A DNA stretch of 43,751 nucleotides from Nemertoderma westbladi (GCA_032718475.1 JAUCBJ010007506.1:1-43751); one strand, 5' to 3'. Shown: positions 12,457-25,654, counted from the stretch's first letter. Notes: generated from the sequence alone by a model not told the origin. Program-made: numbers and translations.

Positions 12457-12997
12457 CTATCTATATTGCACCGATGACCTACTATAATCGCACCAAACTC
12501 TGTTACCACTCTCCCAAAACAGATTAGACCGCAGAACAATGAAACCAATATGGTAAGTGAATCTATGTAAAAAATTATATGTTAAACAGCTCAGCAATAA
12601 CAGTTAACATTACAAATATATGTTATATTAGATATATTAAAAATAGTTAAAAAGTAGACTTTTGGTGCCAAAATGACTGGCCTAGGCAAATAACCATTGT
12701 AAGTAAATTGGAAAATTTGGAATGCTATAGAACTCCAGAGAGTGCCATTGCTGTCATTGGAGTATGAGGTATAGATAGCAAATGAGGTTTAAAGGTCTTC
12801 CACAGCTACAGGCTTTTACAGTAGATGCGTTCTTAAATACAATGTTAACTGCAGGCAATGGTAACAGAAGTTTCAAAACCGCAAGTAGTTCACTCATGTG
12901 TCATAGGTGGTTTGGGGAAACAGCTCCATAATGAACTGAAGAACTTAAAGTCTTTAAAACAGTTGAGGGAATCGCAGACAAGATATTCTGTGGGAGA

Positions 12998-14323
12998 TTA
13001 ATTATTAATAATTTTATGAACAGTCTTTATGTGTCTGCTGAGGGAGCTTGGGTGGCTAAATACTTTATCACAACCAGTACAATTATACCGGATTCCACTG
13101 TGAGCAGATTCTATATGAAATTGCAAACCTGATTTGAAAGCAAATGATTTTCCACAATCAGAGCAATTATACTTGATTCCGTTTTTATGAGTTGATTCTA
13201 TGTGAAACTGTAAACTGCGCTTGTAGGCAAATGATTTTCCACAATCAAAACAATTATACTTGATACCCTTATGAATAGAATCAACGTGGTTGCTTAGATG
13301 TGTTTGATGTGTAAATAATTTATCACAAACAAGACATTTATACTTGATTTGGTCATGAACTGAATCCATGTGAAACTGTAAACCGTGTCTAGTAGCAAAT
13401 GATTTCCCACAGTCAAAGCAATTGAACATCTTAATACCTTTATGAACGAAGTCGATGTGGCTGTTTAGATTCCCTTTCTTGCTGAATAGTTTATCACAAT
13501 GAACACAATTGAAATTCTTTATACCTTTATGTACAGAATTGATATGACTGTTTAAGTGTTCTTGTCGTGTAAATAGTTTATCACAGTGACCGCAATTGAA
13601 ATTCTTTATTCTTTTATGAACAGAATTTATGTGATTGTTTAAGTGCCCTTGGCGTGCAAATAGTTTATCACAATGAATGCAATTGAAATTCTTTATTCCT
13701 TTATGAACAGAATTGATGTGACTTTTTAAGTGTCCTTGGCGTGTAAATAGTTTATCGCAAATCTCACACTTATACTTGATGTAGTTATGAATAGAGTTGA
13801 CGTTGGTTCCTAAGTTACTGGCAAAATTTGGTTCAGGATCTGCGGTACAGATTGTTGCATCATTAGGATGCATCAGTGAGACATTATCACATGAGGTATC
13901 ATGCTGTTTTCTAACAATGAGAGTACCGGTACCTTCAGATGATCCACAACTAAAACCTGCCTCAGATTTTACAGAAGAAGAATTCATTCCATGAATATCT
14001 GTGTCATCAGTTTCAATATCATATGGTAAGTGATTGTTGTCATTTCGTTGTTTTACGAGAACAAAAGAATCTATGGATTGTTCATAAGAATTATCTTCTT
14101 CATCTAGAACAGGGATAATATCTACTCCACTGCACAAATTGTTATGATCATTGCTAGGTGAAGCTCTGTAAACGGAGTTTTCAGTTTCAGTTTTAACTTC
14201 CAAAGAATAAGGAGTAGAGTCTGCTACCTCTTCCACTATCATTTCCCCAGAGGGTTTATGTTTCGATGAATTAGTATTGGAATTCGATAACATCTTCCCA
14301 GCATTACAATAACCCTGATGCGA
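12998..14323 (-). CDS. C2H2 zinc-finger protein, last coding exon (9 fingers)
   Basis: Nine CX2CX12HX4H fingers after an acidic/Ser-rich region. Frame is open up to acceptor TTTCCATAG (exon start 14323, phase 0). In-frame ATG at 14293 gives 431 aa if used. Upstream exons not found. Confidence 0.9.
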   Translation of the reverse strand, partial: SHQGYCNAGKMLSNSNTNSSKHKPSGEMIVEEVADSTPYSLEVKTETENSVYRASPSNDHNNLCSGVDIIPVLDEEDNSYEQSIDSFVLVKQRNDNNHLPYDIETDDTDIHGMNSSSVKSEAGFSCGSSEGTGTLIVRKQHDTSCDNVSLMHPNDATICTADPEPNFASNLGTNVNSIHNYIKYKCEICDKLFTRQGHLKSHINSVHKGIKNFNCIHCDKLFARQGHLNNHINSVHKRIKNFNCGHCDKLFTRQEHLNSHINSVHKGIKNFNCVHCDKLFSKKGNLNSHIDFVHKGIKMFNCFDCGKSFATRHGLQFHMDSVHDQIKYKCLVCDKLFTHQTHLSNHVDSIHKGIKYNCFDCGKSFAYKRSLQFHIESTHKNGIKYNCSDCGKSFAFKSGLQFHIESAHSGIRYNCTGCDKVFSHPSSLSRHIKTVHKIINN

Positions 14324-15050
14324 CTATGGAAATATTGTCAACAATATATTATAAAATATTTTTTAGATTCAAGTGTTTTAAATTAAGGTTAGGGTCAACA
14401 GATACATGACAGTTTTACTTTTACTCAGAGTTAGGTATATATTGGGCGCTTTCATATTAAAGGCCTGGTTGTAGCCTACCACTCCCTCAACCCACTGGGA
14501 TAAACATACTTTAAGAAAAAATAATTACAAGTACATTTACAGTAAAATCTGAGGAGAAGAAAACCCTGGCTGTATAAGGACTTATGGGTGACATCATGGA
14601 CTAAACTAGGCAATGTTGACATGTAACAGATAATGCAAATAATGTAAAACATTTAATAGCAATAGCAATAATTAATTATTATTAATTCAATTATATTGAA
14701 AAAGAGTAATATGTTTTTCCCACGTATAAATAATTTTAGTCTTAAATTGTTACTTTTTTGATACTTACCGGTTCCCTGGAACCAAAATCGGAAGAAAAAA
14801 AACGGACAAAAAAGTAAAAACACGAAAAAACTGATATATAATATAATGAGTGATTTAAACAGATAAGAACATTTATTCTGATTCAATTACATTATTCTTA
14901 GTCTATTCATGTATTCAATGATACAACTTATTCAAATTTACTGATTTTACTGAATTCATTTGAATTTCCCAGGCTATGGACGGTCCGACGAATCTGTGCA
15001 AAAAAGTAAAAAAAAATACAAAATAGTACAAAAGAGTACAATAAAGTGCA

Positions 15051-15826
15051 ACTACTACTATTAGGTCGAGCGAACTCGGACAGTGGAAATGAGATCCTTC
15101 CAGGCTTCCCGATTCTCCATAGTTGTCGCAATCTCGTTTCTCCCAAGTTCAGTATCCCTTTCAAGTTGATCTATATATGTTATGGCCGGTTGTCCACGAC
15201 TACGCTTTCTGGTATGACCTCGTCTTTACTTCACCAGCAGTGCCCACTGGATCTTAATCTGCGTTCACGGAGGGTGGTTGATACAGGTGATATAGTACCA
15301 TAAAGCTCGGCGTTTGTCATGTGTTGTCTCCAGGTGATGTTTAGGGCTGCCCTTAGTAGTATTGTGTAGCAACCATCAATTCGTTGTTCAAGTGATTTAG
15401 TCAGTGTCCAGGTCTCACCCCCGTATAAAAATACACTTTCCACTGTGGCTCGAAAGAACTTAGTCTTCAGGTGCCTGGAGAGATCTGATTTCCAGATGGT
15501 ATCCATTTTTGATAGAGCTACCCAAGCCTTTGCTTTCCTAACTTCTATGTCCTTTTTGCTACTCTCTATCCACGATCCAAGGTACTGGAAGTCGTCGACC
15601 TTCCTTAGTTGATTATTATCAATGGTTGTCAAGTTTCCATCAACATTAAAGGTCATGAATTCGGTCTTGGTAGCAATTATATGCAATCCAACCTCCTTAG
15701 CAGCCCTCTCCACTTTATTTAGTAGAAGCTGTGCATCTGCTAGTGTATTAGAGAGCAGGGCGATGTCATCCGCAAATTCGGTGTCTGTGACTGCAGTTGC
15801 CGGATATCTACTACTTCTGCGTTCTT
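15051..15826 (-). mobile_element. 3' ~0.8-kb copy of RTE-like LINE (family B)
   Basis: Inverted near-copy of 17926-18728 (FADD to 3' end) with a ~28-bp deletion and a (TAG)n tail. Confidence 0.92.
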
Positions 15827-15877
15827 TCTCACTCGTTTGTACTCTTTTGTACTATTTTTGCACTTTATTGTACTCTT

Positions 15878-18727
15878 CGACATGACATGGTCGCGCTGGC
15901 AATGGAATATAACTTCGACATCATCTGCATCCAAGAACATCGGATTTGTCATGAAGACACTGCCATGAAGTACAATGACATTGGAAATAGATGGACGTTA
16001 GTAACAAGCTCAGCAGTAAGAAACTCGGCCAATGCATCAATTGGTGGAGTAGGAATTCTGCTAAGCCCATTTGCACTTAAGACCCTAAACAACATCGAAT
16101 CTATATGTTCCAGGGTTCCAGAATTCCAGGGTTATGATCGCAACATTTGATGGGAATCCCAAAGCAACAGTTATATGTTGCTACAGTCCAACCAATGCCT
16201 CAGACCCAGAACAAGCAGTCAAGTTTTATGAAGAACTGACTGGACTTATAAAGGACAATCCGAAACACAATGTTAAAGTCATTGCTGGTGACCTGAATGC
16301 GCAAATTGGCCCAGAAGACATCAAGGGTTACACCTATAACACCAGTTCTAACAGAAATGGGTACTTACTTTTAGACCTAATGGAAGAATGTGAATTGATA
16401 CCAACAAACAACACAATCGAAAAGAGTAAGGGGAAGCTATGGACCTTTCAATACCCTAATGGAACCAAAGCACAACTGGATTACATCCTTATAAACAAAA
16501 AGTGGAGAAACAGCATGATCAACTGCGAGGGATACAGCTCGTTCGACCTAATTGGTTCGGACCACAGAATTGTGACTGCAGAGATCAGACTCAGTTTGAG
16601 AGCCAGCAAACCCAGGACAAGCAAGCAAATCAACTATGACTGGGTCTGGCAGAAACTCAGAAATGACATGCTGTAAAGGATGCTTACACAGTAGAAGTTC
16701 AAAACCGCTTTGAAGCACTTCAGTCAATGGATGAAGACCAGTCCACCGATTCAATATACCTGAATATAATAACAGCCCACAAGGAATCAGCTAAGAGGCA
16801 TATCCCCCGGAAACCCAAACAAAAACAGTATGTGCCATGGCAAAACTCTGAGGTTACTTGTAAGAGAGAAGATCTTAAGATAGATTACAAAGTTAAAACC
16901 GAACAACCAACAACCGAAAACATTAACAAGGTTGAGAAAGCTAAGGACGATCTTAAATTGGCCTACAACATCAGCCAGGAAAAGTACATACAGGATAAAA
17001 TTGAAGCAATTACAACTGCTCACATACAGCAACCATCAAGACTTACCTGGCAAACTGTAAATGAGGTATCTGGTCGGAAAAGATGTGCAAAGGGGCTCCT
17101 AAAAGCCGATAGTCCTGAAGAACGTGCTGGGAAGTGGAAAAATCACATCAGCAACTTGCTTGGGCAGCCACCAAACATCGAGGTCAGCCCTACAAGGAAA
17201 ATATATGACAAGACACTACCTATAGAAACAGGGGACTTCACACCTGCGGAACTCCAAAGAAGCATTAAAAGCAAGTCCAATAATAAAGCGAGTGGATTAT
17301 ATGAAATCTCAGCGGAGGTATGGAAAACCGGAGTGCTAAATAGACCATTATTGAATGTTTGCAACCGGATGTTAAAAGGGGAAAAGCCACCACCAATTTG
17401 GACTAAAGGTTAACTAAAGCCTCTCCCATACCTCCGCTCGGCATACCAACAAACTATCGTGGGATCTGTCTGCTTGTGGTAGCTGCCAAAATATACAATA
17501 AAATGATTCTATATAGGATTAGGCCTCACATAGAGAAACTACTGGGTAAGAGCCAAAACGGATTGCGACCAAGTAGATCAACAATAGCTCACATACTTGC
17601 CCTATGGAGACTGACTGAAGGAATTAAGTCAAAGAATCTCCCCGCAGTCATGACTTTTGTGGACTTCAAGAAGGCATTCGACTCCATCCATAAAGGAAAA
17701 ATGCTTGAAATCTTAAGAGCTTATAGAAGTAATTGTTGCTGGCATTGGATTGTTATATTGTGACACAGAAGCGCAGGTACTCTCACCAGATGGTGAAACT
17801 TGAGTTTTTCTCAATCCTGGCTGGCGTACTGCAAGGTGACACATTAGCACCATTACTATTTGTAATTGTACTGGATTATGCAATGAGGACGGTCACAAAG
17901 GGTGAAGATCTGGGATTCACACTTCAAGAACGCAGAAGTAGTAGATATCCGGCAACTACAGTCACAGACACCGACTTTGCAGATGACATCGCCCTGCTCT
18001 CTAATACCCTAGCAGATGCACAGCTTCTACTAAATAAAGTGGAGAGGGCTGCTAAGGAGGTTGGATTGCATATAAATGCTACCAAGACCGAATTCATGAC
18101 CTTTAATGTTGATGGAAACTTGACAACCATTGGTAATAATCAACTAGGAAGGTCAACGACTTCCAGTACCTTGGATCATGGATAGAGAGTAGCAAAAAGG
18201 ACATAGAAGTTAGGAAAGCAATGGCTTGGGCAGCTCTATCAAATATGGATACCATCTGGAAATCAGATCTCTCCAGGCACCTGAAGACTAAGTTCTTTCG
18301 AGCCACAGTGGAAAGTGTATTTTTATACGAGGGTGAGACCTGGACACTGACTATATCACTTGAACAACGAATTGATGGTTGCTACACAAGACTACTAAGG
18401 GCAGCCCTAAACATCAGCTGGAGACAACACATGACAAACGCCGAGCTTTATGGTACAATACCACCTGTATCAACCACCCTCCGTGAACGCAGATTAAGAT
18501 TCAGTGGGCACTGCTGGCAAAGTAAAGACGAGGTCATACCAGATCTACTTCTCTGGCAACCAACTCATGGAAAGCGTAGTCGTGAACGACCTGCCATAAC
18601 ATATATAGATCAACTTGAAAGGGATACTGAACTTGGTTGAAACGAAATTGCGACAACTATGGAGAATCGGGAAGCCTGGAAGGATCTCATTTCCACTGTC
18701 CGAGTTCGCTCGACCTAGTAGTAGTAG
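15878..18727 (+). mobile_element. Near full-length RTE-like LINE (family B): APE endonuclease + RT, frameshifted pseudogene
   Basis: IICIQEHR, YSPT, GDLNAQ, QLDYIL, SDHR (APE); FVDFKKAFDS, GVLQGDTLAP, FADD, RLRFSGHCW (RT and C-terminus). (TAG)n tail. 12-bp TSD TATTGTACTCTT at 15866-15877 and 18728-18739. Confidence 0.95.
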
Positions 18728-19461
18728 TATTGTACTCTTTTGTAGCGGGACTATATTGTACTATTTTGGGTTATCGTTGATACTGTCATATGCGTACCGA
18801 TGGTGTTACAGTGGTGGTGTTTTCTAACCAAAACAATAAACTAATCTCCATTAATTAATTAACGGAAAGGAGCAGGTTACAGTGGTGGGCTTTTCTAACC
18901 AAAACAATAAACATATCTCAATAACATAGGGTATTTCATACTTATAATCTTATTTTTGCAATACGAAAATACCATCGGTACGGATATGAACTATAACTGT
19001 TAATAAATTGCATTAAAAAAATTTATTTATATACCGTATATATATAAACTTATATCAGTATATGGTTGCATGAGTCGTGAGTGTATGGCATATAATATTA
19101 CGAATTTGCATTAACTGTTGGAATCAATGATGTACAATCTGACAATGGTCTGATGGATGGTATAAGCAGATAAGGCTGTAAGGCAATGAGTTGTAGTTCC
19201 AAATAGGCTGATAGGCACAAAACAACTGTATATAACTCAAATAGGCAGATAGGCATAACTCCATACCGCCGGTATATATAATAATAATAATATAAGATAT
19301 AGCCTACAGTCTGACAGTACCGGTAGGCTAACTATTAACACAGTAACACCGGTAATAACAAACTGAAAACAAGGTACCCGGTATACCAATGTGTGAGTAA
19401 GTACAAAACAAATACTGAATACCGGTACCGGTACCCAGACTAAAGACCTGTAGGCTATAAA

Positions 19462-20143
19462 ACACATGTGTTAACTTTCGTTTATTGTTTTGGTTCCACC
19501 AACACGCATCATCTGTATCCTGCTGCTTTCTGTCTTGCCTTTACTAACCTGCACCTTTACCCTAAATGGCAATGGGACCTAACGCTCTTTGGGAATTAAA
19601 TTACCGGTAATGCTCTTTTCCTTTTACTTTTCCTCTTTGTTTTGTACAGGTCCCAAAGAGAGTTTTTATAAACATACAGTACAGACAGACAGACACTTCT
19701 TGTACAGGTCCCAAAGAGAGTTTTTATAAACATACAGTACAGACACTTCTAACGCATTTAAATTGGACCATATTATTTCCAGTAACAATATTTTAATATT
19801 TTTTATAAATATTTACAGGCTGACAGGTATACCAGTAGTATCTGATTGAAGGTCTTGCATTGGCTATTTGGTACTTTTGTTGTTCTGGTAACTCATAACT
19901 ATTTTACTAGGCCTATGTTATCGTTATTGTTCATACCGGTACCGGGTATTTTAATTGCGTAATTTTAGCTAATTTGACGTCTAATAAAAAATTCAAATTC
20001 CAAGAGCGTTAGCTAGGACCCATTACTGCATTACCTGATTACTGCATTATTGCAATTTAAGGGAGCATGTTAGTAAAGGAGCAGGTTACAGAGGCGTGGC
20101 ACGTGGTGGGGGAACCAAATCAATAAACGAAAATTAACACATG
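19462..20143. mobile_element. MITE-like element with ~140-bp imperfect TIRs; arm motif dispersed in the window
   Basis: ACATGTGTTAA..CGTTTATTGTTTTGGTT arm and its inverse. The AGGAGCAGGTTACAG...AACCAAAACAATAAAC motif recurs near 965-1015, 18805-18912, 24680-24727 and 30060-30110. Confidence 0.6.
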
Positions 20144-20391
20144 TCAGCATGTTACAAGATTAAGATTATGCAGGTTACTTAATTGGGTCTTTGGTCAGTT
20201 GGTCTTTGTTTCGTACTCGGAATATGCCTAAATAAAGTGACTAATGTACTGTACTGCCACCGTACCGGTCTGCCGGTAGGCGTAGGGTAGGTCTACCGCC
20301 TGACCGCCGCTACCGCGGATGTCTGGCTGTAGCTGTGTAGGCTACCGGTCTACCTGCTGACTAACGGTACTGTACTGCTACCGCACCGTTC

Positions 20392-21462
20392 CGCGTCGTT
20401 GGGTCCTTTGGTCGTTAGGTCCTGCGTCGTTAGGTCCTGCGTCGTTAGGTCCTGAGGCATTAGGTCCTGCGACATTAGGTCCTGCGTCATTAGGTCCTGT
20501 TGTGTCATATCGTGCGACGTTAGGTCCTGTGGAGCGTCGTTAGGTCCTGCCTGCCTGCGTCGTTAGGTGGTATTCCACTGCTGTACAGTGAACAGGCTGA
20601 CAGCAGGACAGGTACCGGTGTCCGGTAGGCCACTGTATACTGGTATACAAGGTAGGCCTATATGGCAATATCGTAGGTACCGGTAGTCAGGTAGTAGAAA
20701 GGGTAGGTCGGTATAAACGGTAGGTTGGCCTACTGCCGTTGCGAGGCAGTGTGCAGGGGTGGTAGACTACTTAACCGTGAACTTGAAAGAACTACTTAAC
20801 TGAGTTATTTTTGTATACCGCTACCATTCAAAATCGTTGTAATTTTTACTTTAATCATTTATTCATTCTTAGTGTTGTGTTTGTGTTATCATATGTTAAT
20901 GTTGTTGAACATTTGTGAAAATATGTGTTAGTAATGTTGAAGATAAAAGTAGTGCGGCTATTTGAATCAAGTTTTGAGTGGGCGTTTATTTGGGAGCGGG
21001 AGGGAGGGGGAACTTTTTTCTATTTATGTGAACTATTTTTGTAGGTCGTATGAGCAGTGCTCATGAGAACTGTGCTAGTCAATTGGTTTAGGAGAATGGT
21101 TTAGGGACGCAGTACTCGTCACCATAGAACATTACAAGCCTCGTTGCGCTCGACCTGTTTTAGTCGAAAATATTTCTCATAACGTTAACTTTATAACTAT
21201 GAAAAATGACAAAATGAAATGTGAAATGAAAAATTAAAAAAACTGAAAAATCTGGAAACCCCCCAATCGCCAAAGCCGCAGAGGACCTAATGACGCAGGA
21301 CCTAACGACCAAAGGACCTAATGACGCTATTATAGAAGACCTAATGTCGCAGGACCTAATGACGCAGGACTTAACGCCGCAGGACCTAATGCCGCAGGAC
21401 CTAACGACCACTCACAGGACCTAATGACGCGGGACCTAACGACCAAAGGACCTAATGACGCG
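20392..21462. mobile_element. Fold-back (MULE-like) element with arms built of 15-bp tandem repeats
   Basis: (GCGTCGTTAGGTCCT)n at 20392-20570 is inverted to (AGGACCTAA[C/T]GACGC)n at 21281-21462. No convincing TSD. Confidence 0.7.
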
Positions 21463-24060
21463 TTACCGTCTGCCGGTATGCGGTAGGCTACTCCAACTCC
21501 ATACAGCCATAGGCAATAGGCGTGCCTAGCCTACTCTCAGACTCGGACTCTAAATAAAATTTTTGAAAGTATTGTTGAAGTACAACACCGGTACCGACTG
21601 TATGTATCTGAATTCTGAATATTATGAAATGAGGTAGGCCTACCGGTACCGGTACCCAGCCTACAAACAGGCCACAATCTTTCAGCCGTGCAATATTGGA
21701 CGGTATCGCGCATGTGGCATGCACCCGAAATAATGCGCACTCCCGACTGCATATCCCAATCCTTACAAACTACTGAACTAAATCTCACCAAAATCACACC
21801 AAACCAACTGACCAAATCGTAGCAAATTATTTATTATTATTATTATTATTATTAACACTCATGCAAGCAATACCAGTCAGCCAGTAAATGGCCGAGGAGA
21901 AAACAACCAGTTTACAAACGACACGTACGGTTGTAAAACAAAACAAAATGTACATATAATGACAATAACGGTACATAATGTACGTGATAATTATGTGAAC
22001 AATAACACTCGATAAAAAATTAAAAAAAAAACATATGACAAACATACACGGGTCCGTCTGAACACCCAAATCACACCCAATTGACCAAATCACAACATAT
22101 CCCGGGCCAAATCGTCCGGGCCGAAATGTCCGGTCCGAAACGAATAAAAATTCGCAGCCATATTTTATGTCAGGTTCATTGTAATTACCCACCTTGACTA
22201 TTTGTTGCACTCCTGACATATATTAATTTACAGTTTTGTTTCTGCCGTTTGCAAATGCTCTGTTCAAATGCAAATTCAATGTCGGCTAATGCTTTAAGAC
22301 TACCTAGAGATACACCCCCATAGAAATCCATTACACCAGGGAAAACTAACGGTGAAGGTGAATGACACTTACTACACCAGAAAGCAATCAATGGAACTCG
22401 AATGAATACAATGGAGACCGCGTTAATCTTCAATCTTCTTAAAGGTTCAACTCTCCCACCCTAGGTGGTCAAGTCTCCCCACATTGAGGGAGACTTGACG
22501 CTTTTTCGAAATTACGAATTATTGGTTTTAATTAAAAAAGTTTAAGAGTTGAAATTCTCAAACTCTAACATAATGATAGCAATCATTAATGTAATGTGAA
22601 AAAGTTAAAACGGCATTGGAAAATTTAATTTATCTGTTCTTTAGAGCGATTATACACTTTTGGGGTTCAAGTCTCCACTCAATTACATTGTAATTTTTGA
22701 TTTGTGTTCACCAGTATAAAATGTATGAAAGAAAATATAATAAATAAATAATATTTTGAGTGAATTTTGATCTGGAGACGTTTCGATTTATATTGCATTC
22801 AGAGCATACACCGGGTTTTTAAGTGAATTACATTGTATGCGAGCATATTTTCAATGAAAATAATATATTAATTACTTTATTCTATCAATCGTATAAATTG
22901 TTTATATGGATAATTTAAATTGTTTAGCGTCATTAAAATGGTGCTAAAGTCCCGCTACTCTCACTCAGGTTTAGTAGAAAAAGAACAGGTCAATAGAAAA
23001 GGTTACAGTTTTATTTTTGAGAATAATCAGCTGTTAGTTATTTGCGTCGATTTTTCTCTGGAGAGGGATGAATTTTGAACGCGTCGAAAGCCCCAGTTGC
23101 CTGGAAACGGTTTACTAATCCTAATTGTCTTCCTAAAATACTTATGATATCCTTATAAAGTGACTCACACTGTAAAATAAAGTCATCATCCATGATCAAT
23201 TGCCAATAACGAAATAATAATTGTTGAAATTTGTTTTTCTCAATTTTTTTATATATGAATATCTAAAGTTAAAAACAAAATGTTAATAATACAAATACAC
23301 ACACCTCGTACTTTAATATTACGATATTTACATAGGCAGGCAGGCCACTATGGATAAAATAACTATATTGGAATAAAAATAAATATAATTAGCAAATAAA
23401 TAGAACATACATAACAAACTTCTAAATTAAATTCTGAAAACAAGAGAAGCCCGGAACAGATTGACTACGTAGTGTATCCGTAAATGTCATGTTGCTAAAG
23501 TACTAAGTATCAACTTCAGTGGTAGTAGACCTTTACTAATATAAATAGTCAACATGTATATGGGAAATTTATCCATAATTTAGGACGCACATCGCACAAT
23601 ATCAAATAGTCATATAAGAAGCAATACATTACGTATGTACCGCCCAGTAGCGGTATAATAAAGTGAACTTTATGGAAGACCACTGACCCTGTACACTACA
23701 CGTACAGTACAACATATTTATAAGTACAGATATTAAAAAATGATCATTTTTATACATTATTAATAAACTGAAACCAAATAGCTACTATAGTCTCGTATAA
23801 ATTACAAATTCACTATAAAACATCAAACTGCACATAACCTGACGAAGAAATTAGTACAAATCCATAACGATAACTAATATATATAAATGCGTAAGTGTAA
23901 TTAATGTAATTCCTATGAAATAATTAAAAATTCATGCATATAAATGTCTCAAAATACAAAGCAACTATTCAGAGTAATAAATATTGTGGGTCGAGTCAGC
24001 AGCTATTTGCAGCTTTATACTGACTATTAGCATGATACACTTTATTATTTGATACAGTCG

Positions 24061-24172
24061 CTAATGTTTGATCCCAATGCGATTAAGTTTTTTGCTCCTG
24101 TCGATTCGCTTTGGAGGGGGCGGTGGGTTCATCTGAGCGTGTTTGGTGTACAGAACACGGTATATATTGCCT
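24061..24172 (-). CDS. RSU1: Ras suppressor protein 1, exon 6 (last)
   Basis: TTCCAG acceptor, phase 2. (R)GNIYRVLYTKHAQMNPPPPPKRIDRSKKLNRIGIKH*, matching the RSU1 C-terminal tail. Confidence 0.92.
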
Positions 24173-24322
24173 CTGGAACGAGGTAAATAAACAATAATTA
24201 ATTAATTAATGTAAAAATTAAAGTAACTCCTTTCGATATCACCCGAGCTCAGCATACTTCCAGCATAAATGTACCGATATTAAAATACAGATAATTAAAA
24301 TGTGTGAGATTCCAATATTTAC

Positions 24323-24437
24323 CTGAGAAATTCGAACACGTGAGAATTCCCCAGCATAAACTCCTCGGCGAGTTCTTTAATCCATGTGTTATCATCGCCT
24401 CTAAATATACAATTACTGTTTCCCAGATCTAAATTAC
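24323..24437 (-). CDS. RSU1: Ras suppressor protein 1, exon 5
   Basis: TTCACAG acceptor and GTAAAT donor. (G)NLDLGNSNCIFRGDDNTWIKELAEEFMLGNSHVFEFL(R). Confidence 0.93.
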
Positions 24438-24914
24438 CTGTGAAATTAAACATAAGCCGGATAATAAAGACCCATAATATAACAATAAGTTAGGCGAGTT
24501 GTGAGACCAGCTCAGCTTATTATTACAGTAATTAATTAATTAATTAACTAACTAACAACAAAGGTAATTATTACTTATAAAAGAAGGTTGTAAAGCTTAT
24601 TAATCATTACTTTAAAGATCTAGAATGTATGCAGTAAGTTAAAAAAATATGAAAGAAGTAGCAAATTATCAATTAAGGAAAAGGAGCAGGTTTCAGTGAC
24701 ACGTTGTTCGAACCAAACCAATAAACTTAAGTAAATAGCACACTAAGAACAGGTTACAGCCTTATTTTGGGGAGTAATCAGCTGTTATTTGGGTTGATTT
24801 TCCCCTGGAAATGGGATGATGAATTTGATTGCGTCGAACTCGAAAGCACCTCCAATATTCCCAACCTTGTTGAGACAAATTGTTTCAGATTATTAACATA
24901 GTGGTGGGATAGAA

Positions 24915-25135
24915 GGCGAGGTAGCTCAGTTGGTTGAGCGCCGGGCCTGCAATCTATTGGTTGTATGTTCAGCCCCACCAGGGTCCACTCAGCCTTTCAT
25001 CCACTGGGGTCGATAAAATGAGTACCAGTTAAATAACTGGGAGCAAATCTTGGGATAGGAGTAGCGACCACCCCTACCCTCGAGTAGCAGCTATCGAAAG
25101 AGGAGCCTTTGGGTCGCCTCCGGCCTCGGTCGACT
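24915..25135 (+). mobile_element. tRNA-derived SINE in RSU1 intron 4
   Basis: A-box TAGCTCAGTTGG and a degenerate B-box. Central ACTCAGCCTTTCATCC...GTCGATAAAATGAGTACCAG block resembles, from memory, a conserved SINE central domain (MetaSINE-like). Confidence 0.65.
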
Positions 25136-25536
25136 GTTTGCTTTGCTCTCCTCTGATTGTAAACTCGGACAATAAAAATTGTTGGTCTCCAGAAACAAAT
25201 TTGTAGGCTTGTCACTAGTCTGAAACATAATATGCAACCTACCAGCTTCCTTATGGGGGAACTATAGTAAAATTGTATCAATTTCTGCCTGACACCTGTG
25301 TCTGTACAGTGTACTGTACATGTACACCATGGCCCGTTATATATTGTCATTGGTGTGATTTCGTAAAAGAAAAAATAGTTTTTTTAAAATGCTTATAAAG
25401 ACAGGTAAGAAAAAATCGAAAATTCTGGCTTCAGGTTAACAACCACGATGAGTTGAACTATGTCAATGACTCCCTATCAATATTAACGCCCTATATAAAC
25501 TCGAATGACAACCAGTTTGTTTCATGTTTAACTTAC

Positions 25537-25654
25537 CTAATTCTAGAGGCAATACTTGTAAGCGATTTCCTTGAATATGAAGCTCCTTTAGTTTAGTCAA
25601 GGCGGATATTGTTTTCGGCACAGCGATAAGATCGTTATGTCTAACACAAAGCAC
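25537..25654 (-). CDS. RSU1: Ras suppressor protein 1, exon 4
   Basis: TTCTCAG acceptor and GTAAGT donor. VLCVRHNDLIAVPKTISALTKLKELHIQGNRLQVLPLEL(G). Confidence 0.95.

Noticed and set aside
20392-20570. Regular short repeats superficially like a CRISPR array (also 10440-10580)
   Set aside because: Head-to-tail repeats without unique spacers, no cas genes, and a eukaryotic context.
21160-22433. Short minus-strand ORFs as candidate upstream ZNF exons
   Set aside because: They derive from repeats or low-complexity sequence; no domain or consistent splice pair was identified.
22770-22805. CGAAACGTC on minus, a possible second hammerhead
   Set aside because: No intact CUGANGA box and no stem II.
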